The notes under the pieces are model-generated. The model was not told where the DNA came from. It did not search any database and was given only the letters and a program-made list of their open reading frames with translations. The translations under genes and the position numbers were made by a program. Shown here piece by piece: positions 25,901-40,429 of a stretch of DNA of 64,000 nucleotides (positions are counted from its first letter, which is position 1; every line of letters begins with the position of its first letter). Source of the stretch: Diadema antillarum (lineage: Eukaryota); assembly GCF_040938485.1 (NCBI RefSeq), contig NW_027271162.1:558001-622000 (forward strand). The letters run 5' to 3'.

Positions 25901-26603
25901 ATGAAACCAGAGTGAAGTGAACTTGAGTACTCGGGTATGGGCTACATCAAGCCAGTACAGCTTCATAAAACAAAGGGCAGTTTCAATGCTTCACACAGAA
26001 GACTGGGATGCCTCATAAGATGCAACTATTTCATCTGCCATAAGTATATATTTAAAAGGCATTCCTCTACAGTTTGATGATGTTTATTGATCATGACCTC
26101 TGACCAAGAACTGACCTTTGACCCTTCTCTGCATAGTGGAGGCACTTCCAATCCTCTTAATACAATCTTTGTAGTAAACATATTTTTGTATCTATTACAA
26201 CAAATAACACTGGACATCAATCAAGTAGAATTAATGGTCAGAACATGACATCCTGCATAAATTCTTGTGACCTTTAACCTTTTACCCCTATCATTTCAGG
26301 AAATTCCTTTCCGTCTTTCTAGGTATTACCACCAGAAATATCAAGCTCAAGCCATGGCAGGAGAATGACACATCTAACTGAAGGACAGTGAACATTGACC
26401 TTTGACCTTCTAAAACTATTATTTTATGGACACAATCATTTATCTACTTTCCAACTTTGTAGTGCACTGCTGCCAGGTAACAAGAGAGTCTGCTGAATAT
26501 CTATAAGTTATATTATGATGTAAGAGGTGTGGGATGGATGAACAGACAGACACACCCAAGAGTGGATTTTCTCTGGCACCCTTCAGGAGGAAGACAGACC
26601 CTT

Positions 26604-26643
<40 letters not shown>

Positions 26644-29600
26644 AACCAGAGTGTTAAGTTGGCAGGTGTACCTTGATGGTATTGGCCCACCCAATGAGGA
26701 GGGTGTTGTCGTCCTTCCAGCACAAGTTGCAGCGGTAGAGCTCAGGTCTCATGGCCTCGGGGTGGCTCCTCTTGATGAACGTGATGCGGCGCTTGGAATG
26801 CATGTCGTAGACTTTCACTCCCTGCCGTGCACAGACGGTGACATCATCGTTACATCATTATGACATCATCATGACATCATTATGACATCACCATCACCAT
26901 CATTGGCTCCTTGACCCTTACTGTGCTTTGTTTGCTAATTGGCACATATGAAGGAGCACTCTCTCTGCCAATTGGCACAGACGTCTGGAAACTATGCGGT
27001 ATTTGTCAATGATTAGAGATTACCTTATCTCCCAAATCCCTACTCCCATGGTTGGACATCCAGGTATTTAGCGGGGGCTGGAGTAAAAAACAAACCTACG
27101 ATTCTCCATGATCGGTTGGATGATTGGCATATTTTTTAGACAAAATTATCTACTTTTCTTCTATAATTGGCTTTGAAATTCCATGAAACTGTCAGATACA
27201 GTCCATCTAAAAATTTCTGAACAACACAAGAAATGTCATCGACAAATTACAGTACTTAAAGAATGGTAGATTGAGGATCCTGAATGCCTACAATATACGC
27301 CGTATAGCGTCATCTGTATCACCACACATTCATGCACTGCATGCATTCATATTCACCCAACAAGTTCTTGCACATGCACTAAACACAGCGAGCTGTCTGT
27401 TTTCACTCCAGCTATACCTGCAATGACGTATACCCAATAATGAGCATTGTGTCATCACAGCCCTCCTAATGGACTGAGACACTTGCTTCTCCTGAGTGGA
27501 CTTGCTAACTCTACAACTAGGTCAAGTTTGGATGGATAAATTAACACTGGCAAAATGCAACTGACATAAAAAGTACCCCTTTGGCTACTTTGATACATGC
27601 ACATGGTCAAGTAGAAGTAGCAAAAGGTGTTTTGTAACTTACAGACCTTTAGTGTGATCAAATACACTTCAGAAGCCACTTGTGAAAAAAGCATTGAAAG
27701 ATACAATGAATCACATTGGAAATAGTTTACTACTATTATGGCCATTGCAGGGCATCAACATGGCTGTCTAAATATTGCCATCTTTGACAGCTGAAAAATT
27801 CTCTTCAGAATTACAAACATGTTCACTCTCTTTAAATTTTCTCAAGAAATCACTCTCATATCTCAAACTTGAACCTGTAGGCAATTTGACTATAAAATGC
27901 ACAAAAGCTTCTCTCCTTCAATAACTGTCAGTTTAGATCAAAATAGAAGAGGAAGAGATGCTTACATGGATAGGACTGCAAACAATTTGGATACTCCCTC
28001 TAGTAAATACGAAGGGCATAAATTTTGTTGAAAGAACTGTATAACCAGACATTTTTGCATGCGTGAAACATCTGTAAATTTCACACAGAGCCATGATCCA
28101 CTAAAAGCTTTTGTCTACACAATGCACTGAATGCCAATGGCAATTCGCAAAAGTTTCGTGCTGTGAAAAAGGCTGTCAGATCGAATTCCGAAAAAGTTTC
28201 ATGATGCAAATGCTTCTTGTTTTATAGTTTTGCTATTTGTTTGTGTTACCTCCGCCAAGGAAGGAGATTACATTTTTGTCGCTGTTGGTCTGTATTCAAA
28301 ATAACTGAAAAAGTTGAAAACAGATTTGGATGAAACTTAGAGGAAAAGTCAATAATGACAGAAAGAACAGATTATTAAATTTTGGTAGTGATCCAGGAAT
28401 TTATATGAATTTTTGAAGGATTTTTTGAAATACTTTGGCAAATAGGGTCAGTGAACTTGGGGGTCTAGCTACTCGTATTTGAGGTTTGCATACACGTACT
28501 AAAGCACATGCTCTGCTCAAGGAGGCGCAAAGCAGGAAGCTGATGAGGAAAACCTGTCTTATTCTATTTTATTGTTTTGTTGTAATAGCTACATCATTTG
28601 GAAATTGGGCGATTTTCAGCATGCATGTAAGGGTGGAAATACAGTGCTTGGCGAAGGTCTGCGCTCTCTGAGTGCTTTTCTAGTTTTTATTACTATGCTA
28701 GCAGCTCACCAAGTCATTAGCCCAGGCCACCAGGGATGCCCTCCACTTGATGCTCCTGATGGGACCCTCTCCATGGTGGAGGATGGTGGACTTGCTCCGC
28801 CCAAGGAAGCCCTTCTCATGGAGGACCAGCTGGAAGGGGAGGTCAAAGGCGAAAGGTCATCTCTTGCTAGTTGAAGCACAGACATGACCCTCGGGCGACA
28901 CATACATTGTATTTATACTTCACAAATCAGAAATCAAAGGGCAAGACCTTGCTTTGTTTTTTCTGACAAGCATTTTTGGTCTTTTTTCGACCGAACGCCT
29001 TCTGGGACAGCACCCAGGTCCCATGTAACCTCATTGGTCATTTTCTCTAAGAGGTAAATGTGCATTTAACTGATACAAAGTGGTATCAGAACTACTAATT
29101 TCACCCCTTGTGAAGGCAGTTAAGTACACTTAGCACATAGTCTGAAGTTTAGCTTACGTTTACTTCAATCTTTTCTTAATGGGTGTGGGGGTGAGGGGGT
29201 TCAGATAGAAGTGTACTGTACTTGGAGAAATGTCTGAAAGTTAATCCCATTTTAAGAGCGAATATTTGCCTGAACTATGCCCACAGGATATTTTCTCCAT
29301 CTACAAGGGCTACTGTAACAAATTACATACTAAACTGAACAGAAACGTACATCATACATATATTTCCAAATAAAATCCATTACATCACAGGGATCTCGCC
29401 AGCGTATATCACCCTTGTCGGCCCCGACAAGCGTGCGGTTTGAAGAAGCAATTGCCGACAAGGGTAAAACTTGCCGACAAGGGTAGCACCACGCGTGAAC
29501 TTGCCGACAAGGGTAACTTGCTTGACGAGCTAAGTTCGGACCAATTTCTCGCCTTTTTCAGTCTTTATTATCTGGCTAGAAAAGAAGCTATTTTGTAGAT

Positions 29601-32600
29601 GTTGAAAGCAGCATCAGTTTACATACTTATACATTTGTACAAGCGCAAAAATTTATCTACGCAGTCACCGCACCGATCACAACAACGCGGCTCAACAGAG
29701 CGACGTATACGCGTACTAGCTGATACACACCACATCACACACTTGCTCACTTACATGCGCTCTGATTTGGGATCCACACACACATGCACAAGCACCCAGC
29801 CGGCCACTTACAGCCGCCTGCGTGTACAACGGTACAGTGTATTGTGAGAGGGAGAGAGAGGACGGAAAGAGAGGGTCGGAGGCCGAAGGAGGCTGAGGAA
29901 GGCTGACACGTGCTCGCTTGTTGTCACGCTTGTTGTCGGGTTTACGCAAAAACAAACGATATGAAATGCATGCCCCCCTCCGCCAAAGGTTGTATTTTTT
30001 TTTTTTTGGCTGCTTTGGTTTGTTTGTTAGTTTGTCTGCCTGTCTGTCTCTCTATTCGCAAAATAAGTCAAAATTTGGGAACAGATTAGGATGAAATTTT
30101 CAGGAACAGTTACAGTTGGTTGGTAAAATGGTGCAAGGAACAGATGATTAAATTTTGATTGTGAGCAGGATTTATAATACCATCGAAATTCACCGCCAGG
30201 ATCCAGGATTTTTAGACTTTGTTTCGTATATTTGATAGGATTCGTATCAATTCTTTAGGAAACTGGCCATCGGCAATGACGCAAAATTAGATGCGTTCAA
30301 AGCATTGCCGCAGAGAGAAAATTAAATCCATTTTTTTGTTAAAGAAAGAAAAGAAAAAAGAACGTGCGATGGAGTATGCAAATGCAAATTGTTATTTAGG
30401 TGTTGGTAGTTTCAGTGGGTTAATTATTATTTTTTTTTTTAATCTAAAAAGCCATGCGTTCCATTTTAGCCTTTTCAATTTCCATGGATTTGTAAACGTC
30501 ATTCGTGAATATTCCATTTTCCTTCTCCGGGCCGAAATTTATAGTAATTCTGTCATGATGGTCTTTCAAGTTCAACGTACATAATGCTCCACGTGCTTCT
30601 GGCTTGGTTTGTTAAAAGGTGGGTTAGGGGGCCTTCATGGGCAGAAAATAAATGGATGATCATTCATCAATTTTCCCAGTTGGTTTACATGCTATGTACA
30701 CGCTGTTTACAACCACTGAAGCAAGGTGGCAGTACGCGCGACATTCTCTATCTGACACCTGGCTTTCGTGGAAATTTCATGGAAATTTCCACAAGCCATG
30801 ATATCAAGTTTCCCCACTGCTTGAGGTCGTGCTTTTTTTTTATTCTTCATTACGAACATCCATTTTTTCAACTTGAAAAGTGTAGATAATTTGCTTCGAG
30901 GACGTCTTTCTTTCTTTTTTTTTTCATTGCAGCGTCGGTAACATTTTGTTTTGTTCATCGTCCGTGCATGGCAGGGGTTCATGGGAGGAGAACGATAGGA
31001 ATGACTGGGGAAAAAATAAACTGAAAGAAGGAAGCATCTTTTGAGCGAACTGTCTTTGTTTTTCTCTACACCAGCATCAGTTATCGCCACCAAGGTTCAT
31101 ATTTTTTTTCGTTACTCCGACAGATTAATGATAAAATGATGTTAGATTCTTTATTCTGAAGGTTCGTTAATCCAAAAATGATTAAGAAAAAATGTCCGTT
31201 CATTTCACGACGAAATCAGTTTTGTTATTTCGAACGTTCTGCCAGTGAAATTTCGGAATAAAACGACGGCACAAAACAGCGTGTTTTCGTACTCTAAGGG
31301 TCTGTTATTCCGACAGAAGTAGTTATGATGAAATAATAAATTGTAGATTCTTTATTCTGAAGGTTCGTTAACCGAAAATTGAATAAAGAAAAATGTCCGT
31401 AAATTTCAAAACGAAATCAGTGCGTCATTTCAAACGTTTTGCCAGTGAAATTTTGGAACAAAACGACTGCCCCAAAACAGTTGCAGTTTTCTTACTCTGA
31501 GGGTTCGTTACTCCGACAGATTAATGATAAAATAATGCTAGATTCCTTATTCTGAAGGTTCGTTAATCCAAAAAATGATTAAGAAAAAATGTCCGTTCAT
31601 TTCACAACGAAATCAGTTTTGTTATTTCGAACGTTTCTGTCAGTGAAATTTCGGAATAAAACGATGGCACAAAACAGCATGTTTTCGTATTCTATAAGGG
31701 TCTGATATTCCGACAGAAGTAGTAATGATGAAATAATAAATTGTAGATTCTTTATTCTGAAGGTTCGTTAACCGAAAATTGAATAAAGAAAAATGTCCGT
31801 AAATTTCAAAACGAAATCAGTGCGTCATTTCGAACGTTTTGTCAGTGAAATTTGGAATAAAACAACTGCCCCAAAAAACAGTTGCACTTTTCTTACTCTT
31901 AGGGTTCGTTACTCCGACAGATTAATGATAAAATAATGCTATATTCCTTATTCTGAAGGTTCGTTAATCCAAAAATGGTTTTAAAAAAAAATGTCCGTTC
32001 ATTTTGTTATTTCGAACGTTTCCGTCAGTGAAATTTCAGAATAAAACGACGGCCCCAAAACTGTTAGTTTTCTTTTACTCTGAAGGTTCGTTACTGTGAA
32101 AGAATAACGATAATGCTTTAGATTCTTAATTCTGAACGATCGTTAAATCGGAAAACGATAAAGAAGAAATGAAAACTGTAATAGTTTTCTTACCCTCAGG
32201 GTTCGTTACTCCGAAAAAATAATGGCAAAATAATACTCTACATTCTTAATTCTGAATGATCGTAAATCGAAAAATTATAAAGGAGAAAATATTCGTTTAT
32301 ATCCAAACGAAATCAGTTTTGTTATTTCGAATGTTCTGCCAGTATAATTTCGGAATACAACAATGGCCCCAAAACGGTGTTTTCTTATTCTGAAGGTTTG
32401 TTATTCTGAAACAATAACGATGATAGATGATAGATTCCTTTCTGAAGGTTCGTTGATCGGAAAATAATAAAGAAAAAATGCTTGTTAATCTTCGAACAAA
32501 CTCAGTTTTATTTTGAACATTCATCTGTAGTACCGACCTTTGGTGTTATTGTTGTTTTCGATTACAAACCTTCGAAGTACAGTACTCAGTAATGAATCGT

Positions 32601-35600
32601 TTCATTTTATGATTAAACAAACCTTCGGAATAATGACCATCATTACATTTAAAATTGTATGATATCTCTTTGATGTCACGGCCAAACTACCGCAGTATAC
32701 CCAGAAAGGAAAGTGCAACGATGTCCCGAAAGTTCTCGATCGCTTCTCGCGCATCTGCATGCAATAGGCCTACCACGTGGTCGAGCAGACGGCGAGAAAG
32801 CAACACGGCGCGTGTTGTTGCGATGCAGAGGCAGCTAATTATTGCAACAGTGAAACAGGAAAGGCCTAAAAGAAATCGGAACCTCCACCATCGGCACCTA
32901 CTTCTCTTTCATTTATTATTTAGGAACTGCCGCTAACAAAAGGTATGGAGTTTTTGCATTGTTTCTGTGAGAATATGCCCCTCACAACGTTCATTACATC
33001 TCCGTGAAAATGTCGCATTTAGTGGCATTTTAGCGGCGATTTATCTGTGTTGTATTAAGCATTAGCGAAAGCTTCCGCGCTTCGCGCGTGGGGGGGGGGG
33101 GGGAACCCCCTCCCGTACCCACCCCCAGAACAGCGCGCATAAATGCCGACAAGCGTGAAGAAATTCCTGGCGAGAACCCTGACATCAGTATGTCAATGTG
33201 ATATCTGTGGGTGCTTTAGCTTTCACTATGTAACTTCACCAATTTGTCTGGATTTCTTGTGAGTCACAAAGAAAGAGAGAGTGAAAGCAGAAGGGGAAAA
33301 GAAAATATAATTTGAAGGAAAAGACACTCACCCTATCACTTCCTGTTATGAACTGCTTTCCACTTCCGGGTCGCGAGAACTTTGGATCAAGGGCCACAGC
33401 CTACATTGCGGATCCATCGGAGGAGAAAGATGGAAAAATACATGCAAACCAATCACAGATAAGGTGTAAATACATCACGTCATGCACTGGGTGCATGAAC
33501 ATCCTATGTCTAGCTGAGAAATCACTGTGTAAACTCCCCTATAATTTTTTTGTGTGCAAATGTACAGAGCAGTTACTTGATGTAAACTGCATTAAGTTTA
33601 CTCCCCTGCATCCCACCCCCCACTCCCACCATGAATGAACTTTATATGACAGTCATAGACAAGTGTCACTGTGATGGTGAAAAAAAATTTACTCCTGCAA
33701 CAATTGCCTCAGTCTCATTTTCTCCAAGGACTGATAGGGTTAGGGTTAGTGTTGTGATAGGGTTTTGGGCATAGTTTGATGTGAGGATTGGGATTTAATA
33801 GGGTTATGGTTGTGTTTGTGGGTATGATTTATGTTTGACTTTAATAGCATGTAAATATTTCATGGGAGCGAGTGTTGCATGAGCAAATGTCATGAATCCC
33901 ACTGTGATACCAAAGGACCACAGAAGACATTTCAATATCACAGGCAATACAAGGTAAAATTTTGAGACATCTGGAAACAAAGCACACCAGCAGAGGTGCC
34001 ATTTGGCTGACCAAGTATGCTGAAGGAGAATAATACACTAGGAAGCAAAAGTCAAGGAATATGCATCTTTTATAAAATGCTGTGGTAATCTTTCTATCAA
34101 ACTGCCCTTATATAAAGGCTGAAATGTTGAGCTACATGTACATTTGTAAAAGCAAAGCCCTCAATACAAATATTAATATCGCTCACACAGTCTCTCAGCT
34201 TTGATAACAATATGAAATCACATCCCTGTCGCAAAACACATTTTTCCTTCCCTTCAAAACCACCTCTAGGCTGTTTGGCAAGAAATTGATACAATCCCTT
34301 CATTAACTGGCTAATACAAATGCAGTAAAGAACTAGGTAAGTGCAGTCTACACATATTTGGACAAAATACTTACAAATGGTGGCTGATGTCTTACATACT
34401 GAATGACAGTTAAGATTGAAAGAGAACAGTCAGTAATACCTTGACTGGACGATCAAAGGACTGGACTTGATTGTGCTCTCCTTCATAAAGGCCTGTGATA
34501 GCCACCTGGGTATTCATTGCAAAAAAAAAGCACCAACAACAAGTTAAGTTTGCAGAACTAGAGGGCATGGATCTACAGAAATAAGAAAGTAATCCCCCCT
34601 CATATGCAGAACTAGAAGGCATGATACATTTATAGAAAAAGAAAGAACTCCCCCTTTACAAAAAGACAAAAAAAATCCAGGAAAGACTAAGAAAATATAC
34701 ATTGTAAACACCTCCAAAAAAAAAATGCACAAAACATCTCAAAAGACAGACAATATACACTGTACCATACAACACTAGATTGGTATTTATGTCTTACATG
34801 GCATGACGTGTGTTGTATGCCATTACTCCTTGTTGGCAGGAGCAATGCCAAGGAGCAAATTAATAGAACTTGGGAACCTTTTTGCCCCTTTAAACAATGA
34901 CAACAACCACACAGAACAACATGAAAATGAGACGCAACCCTGCACAATGACAAAAACCCATTTGTCATCTCCACTCCCCTGATGGATGGTAGTTTTATGA
35001 GAACATTCTGGCCACGCCTCATTTGCCAGAGATGTGCACCAGAGTTCATGCCTCATCAATATCTTATGCAGTGATGAATGAGAGAGAGAGAGAAAAAAAA
35101 AAACCTTTAAAGCAAGAGAAAACCAACATGAAATTTTGCTGGCATGGTCAGGAATTAAACTGTGTCTGAAAAGTTTCTCTTTGCCGCACAGTTACAGCAA
35201 GCAAACGTGCACACATGCACTGTGTATCAGTTTAGTTTTGTTAGATTTGCAAAGTCTCCACAACAATTTTGTTTTTCCCCCATGGCATTTTCAAGTGTAA
35301 ATGGTATGTTTGAGTCAGAACAGCATTGGTAAACCCTGAATCATATCATGTGAAAATCCAGTGTGCATGTACCACTCCGTCCAAGGTCAGGTAACAGTGG
35401 GGCAAAGATACCAGTCTCTGTCGGGACCGACCTTTGACAAGAAGGGATGTGGGAAAAACTGGTAAACTGGTCAGTTGCTCAACAGCTACTTACCCTTCCG
35501 TCATCAGAACAGCTGGCCAAGTAGTCCCCGCTCATGTCCAGGCTAACTTGGTTGACCGTCGTGGTGTGCTGCCGAGTGCAGTAGAGCAGAAGGCAGGAAA

Positions 35601-38600
35601 TGTGAATGTGCATTTTTTAATACAAATGGAGGTTTCCAAAGTCCAGGGCCCAATGTCATAAAAGATGTTAGGATAGCAACTCTTGCTGGAACGGTAATTA
35701 CATTTAGTAACGGCCAATCAGCAAAATGGATTCTTGTAATTACCATGACAATTGCCATTCCAGCAAGAGTTACTATCATATCAACTTTATATTATGAAAT
35801 GGGGCCCAGATGTCTCTATCAATGATAAGTCCCATGGTCGTGTAAAACATTTGGACCACCAACATTCGCCCATCAATATCAGGAAGGTTCAAAGTACATA
35901 TGTAATCTCAGTTAGTGAAATATTCCCTAATCAGGGAGGCTTCTATACTCTCTTCTCAAGACATGAAAAGATTGAATATTCTTTGCATTTTAATGTAAAA
36001 CTTCAGGAAGCCTCCTGTGGAGTCAGGGAAACTTGGCAGCACTGTAATATTATTGCTTCCATTCTATATATCACATCTGACTTTGAGTGAAAACTAAAAT
36101 GATTCTACATTGCCATACTGTATCTTAACCCTTGTAGTGCCGATATAGGCACATAATTTAATTCCCAATATGTTTTTTCTACAGCATACATTGCATCCAA
36201 ACTTGACCTAGTTGAAGATACCGGTGCCCACTCAGGTGTAGCAATGAGCCTCAGTTAGGAAGGCATGAAGGCCATGGTGAAACAATAGGGATTAGGAGGA
36301 TTAGGTAATCTCTTTTCACTGACATTTTGTTTCTTGACATAATAGCAAAGAGAGCACCTTTTCAAGGGTTAAATAGGCAAGAGTCTAGAATCACAAAGTT
36401 TCACACCTTCTGAAACAAATTTTAACAAAAATACAGACACATGTGCACGAACACACACATACATGCATGTGGTTTGTACATGTACCTTTGCTACAATTTC
36501 AGTATTGGGTTAAAACGTACAAAAAAATCAAAACATTAACACATGTTTCAAAATAATATCATCTGCCATGCACACCACTGGACGTCTCATGCACAAAGAA
36601 TTAATGTAATCATGCAGTTTAATAAGGTTGATGCTTTGTGGGTTATTGCCACCTTTGCCTATGGAAATCTAGCTGTTTAAATCTTTGCCTAACCGTGTCT
36701 GGGGTAATTTCCTGGTTAGAAATCTCTATGGAATATGGTCGAGTGCTCGTGTTTGTCTGAGACAATGTGGGTTTTTCAGGCACTTTTCTGCTTAACCTGT
36801 TGAGGATGAGTCCCGAGTATACTCGCGCAAGTGTCTATGGGAAATATGTGTTGTAGCAAATCAGCCTGTCCTAAATGGGTAATGAGCGAGGCAACTGCAT
36901 CAAGTGCTCATTGGGCCAACAGGACAGGTGACAGAATATTTTGTTGAGGGTGCCATCTCAATGAGATGGGTGGATACTCCAGGTTATCTCACCTTGGTGA
37001 ACTCCTTGCCACTGATGGTGTTTCCCTGGTGATCCAACACATGCAGAACTCCCCAGTGGGTGCCAACAGCCAAGAACTAGAGCCAGAGAACAACAGTAAA
37101 ATCACATAATTGGTCAAAGTTTAATCAGTAGTACCACAGCTCTTGAAATTGAACAACTACAACAACATCATGTAATGATCCATTCACAATATCAATCTTT
37201 AAAAACCTTTGCCAAAATGCGAAAGAAAAAAACTTGAGGCACATAATAAATCATTTAGGCTGTTGGCTCAGATTCATGAAAATTTCAGGCCGCAAAAATA
37301 TCTTGCTTTACAGTATTGTACGTAATAACTGCTTAGTTATTTGTAGTTTTCTTCCTCTTTGGGAGTCCTGTATAGAATGAGTGAATTTGCTGTTGTAGTG
37401 CAGACAGCTACCTTTTACCACACAGCTGGGAAGACTTTCATCGATGCTATTGTGAAGTGTCTGCTACATTGTCATGATTTTCCACCAAATCAAATACAAT
37501 GCAAAGTCACAATACCAGGCTGAGTGCCAAAAATTAGTTGAGCTTAAATCTCCATTTTCATAGTAACAGCTACAAAAACCGTGTAGTACATGTACATGTA
37601 TGTTTTCCCAAATTGAGTCCACCTCCTGCCGCCACCTCCAATTTAAACTCTGCTTGGGGTCTTTTGGAGGATCGCTACCAAGTACCAAGTATCAAGAACA
37701 CGCTCATCATGGTAAATAAAAGGAAAGAAAAAAAACCACTGAACATAACCCCAAAATGTTGATAGTCCAACCACCTGGCTTGCTGTGTTGCTGAAGAAAA
37801 ATACAAATTTATGTGCACATATTCATAGAAATTTAACTTATGTACCAGCGCACATATTCTGGTTTATGTGTACATATTTTAAGTATTCACCATAAATGAT
37901 ACTGGACTATACAATGTACCTTTGTATGCACTGCTAAGTAGCTGGCAGCATCACTGTTGAGGATGGATTCCAGCGTATTGCTGATTCGTTCATATTTCAG
38001 TTTGGGCTCATCTGCGTCTTCCTCATTCTCATCGTCGTCATCATCATCATCATCCTCATCGTCTTCATCGTCGTCGTCGTCGTCATCCTCATCGTCCTCA
38101 TCCTCATCCTCATCATCCTCTTCTTCTTCATCCCCTTCCTCATCCTTGGCAGTGCCTGGGAGATGGCCTTGCTTATCTTGCTCCTCCTCCTCCACCCTCC
38201 CTGCACCAGATTGGTCCTGGTCCTTATTCTGTCAGTAAGAGAAACAAAGTGTTGATGTTCAAAACCATGAGCAGAAGATACACTAAGAGGACAACATCAG
38301 AGGGTGGACTGGCCTATAATCTAGGCGGAGGATGCAGCTATTGTCTTTGCTGTTACACTAAACGTCTGATGCGGTGAGGCTATTGTCTTTGCTAAGCGAT
38401 ACGTCTGATGCAGCGAGACTACAAACAGTGAAAGCATTCACCGCCTCATATCCACCATCTTACTTTCTTGTTGTTGTTTTCTTATTATCGATTCTGAATC
38501 TGTGGCCACAGACACAGTTTGGTATAGTATGTCCTAACTCTTATAGAGCCATGCTTGCAAAAAACTACTGAACTGAGAAAGACTGAATTGTGTATCAACT

Positions 38601-40386
38601 GAGTGTTGTTTCTTCTGGATAAAACTGCCTATTAAGGAAAATTCAAATCAACTGTTCAGATTCTGCTCAAAAGCAAAATTCATTACCCTTCCTGACTGCC
38701 ATGGGTTTGTGTTTTTCTTGCAAAGGGGATCATAAACAATGTGTTTCACCACATTTTGGAATTAACTTAGAATGACTCTGGTTGGTACATATGACAATAG
38801 TTTACAGTTTCCCATCAAAGCAATGTATTTTCTCTTGTTCGGTCCACAAGTACTTAAAAAAAAAATATAAAGAGAAAGAGAAAGACAACCAGCAATATGC
38901 ACATTTTGCACATGCCAGCCAAAAATGTCACAGAAGTTATGACAAATGCCTTTTCTAATAGTCGTTCACAGTCCTTGAATCCATTTTTTCTTAATCTATT
39001 TATTTCTTTATGATGTATGATGGCATCTCATTCGCTGAGCAAAACCCCTGGATTGACACATCTGGGATGCCAGCCTAATTGTTGCCATTGCCATGGCAAC
39101 ACATCAAATATCTTGACAAAAGTGCCAGACTGAAGTTAATTATGGCACTGCATGGAGTCTGATCTTTGGGTATGTGTATTACATTAGTCATACTGGCCAA
39201 CGCTGTGGGGTTGTCATGTCTTGAATGCATGCAAATCCCAGTGTAGCAGATCAGCAAGAGAACATACCGGTAATGGGTCATAATATGATTTAAAGTACCG
39301 TTGCATAGCGATAGTGAGAATGTTAAAATGATAATAATCAAATGACAAAAATCCAAATTCTGAAGTCAACTAAAGCACACAAGAATGATTTTGGTTATTC
39401 ATTCCCCTTTTAATGTATTTTTTTAAAATCCATTTTTATTATTGGTTGCTCAGGGCAACAATTTAAGGCACAAATTTGCCTCACTAAGAAACAAAAGAGG
39501 ATGAGAAAGTCCAAAAACATTTGATGCCTCTACTTGTACATCAAAATAGATCTTTGTGTTTCTCTTTACTGGCTGTCAAAATCTCCATGTCAGGCCAAGT
39601 CATTATGAGACAAAAACATAGAGAATGAATGCATATCAACCTTTGTCATTTACAATGTAACTTTATTGATGACATTGCAGAAAATGTAACTTTCACTCCT
39701 GATACAAGCTCGAGGCTCAGGTCTTCTTTTTCTTTTTCTTCCATTAATTTTTTGTTAGCTGTGCTAGATATTTGCATAATTCAATTTACTGTCTAACCAT
39801 TTCTCCATGTCAAATGCCATTTTTTATTGGAGCACAAAAAATAATGAGTTTGGTTTGTTGCTTTGCCAACACTCTCATCATGAATATTACAATGATTTGA
39901 TAAGATTTAAATCAGTATGCCGAAATGGTGTGATAAACTTTTCTCTTTACGTCAGTGTGTGTGTGTGCGTATGTGTGTGTGTATTAATTCATAAGGAAAT
40001 GTATTTGATCAATATTTTGATATTTTATAAATGGAATAGTATGGGGGCAGGACTTTTATATAAGGCATAGCCTTTCTGTCTGTCTCCGAACACTTTCAAA
40101 GGTATTGTGTGTTCGTAATGTTATACTGATGCTTATTGTGATCATTCTTTTCTTGTTATAGTATGGTGTTGTCAAATTTCTGTATTTTTTCTCTGTTTTT
40201 TACTGAAAGTGTTGAATAAATCTGAATCTGAATTTAAAAAGAACCAACAGATAACAAAGTGATGTGTGACATATTGTGGGAGCCGGGCGCCCTTGAATGT
40301 TTCTACAGATAAATGGGGCTATACAAATGCTGTTTCATCATCATCATCATCGTAATCATCATCATCACCATCACCATCACCATCAC

Positions 40387-40429
<43 letters not shown>

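Noticed and set aside
31105-32640. CRISPR-like periodicity
   Set aside because: Whole units are repeated with no unique spacers, in a eukaryotic intron; this is a tandem array.
37957-38238. Poly-Ser ORF (+) and Met/Arg-rich ORF (-)
   Set aside because: These are the antisense and alternative frames of the acidic tract in VPS41 exon 2.
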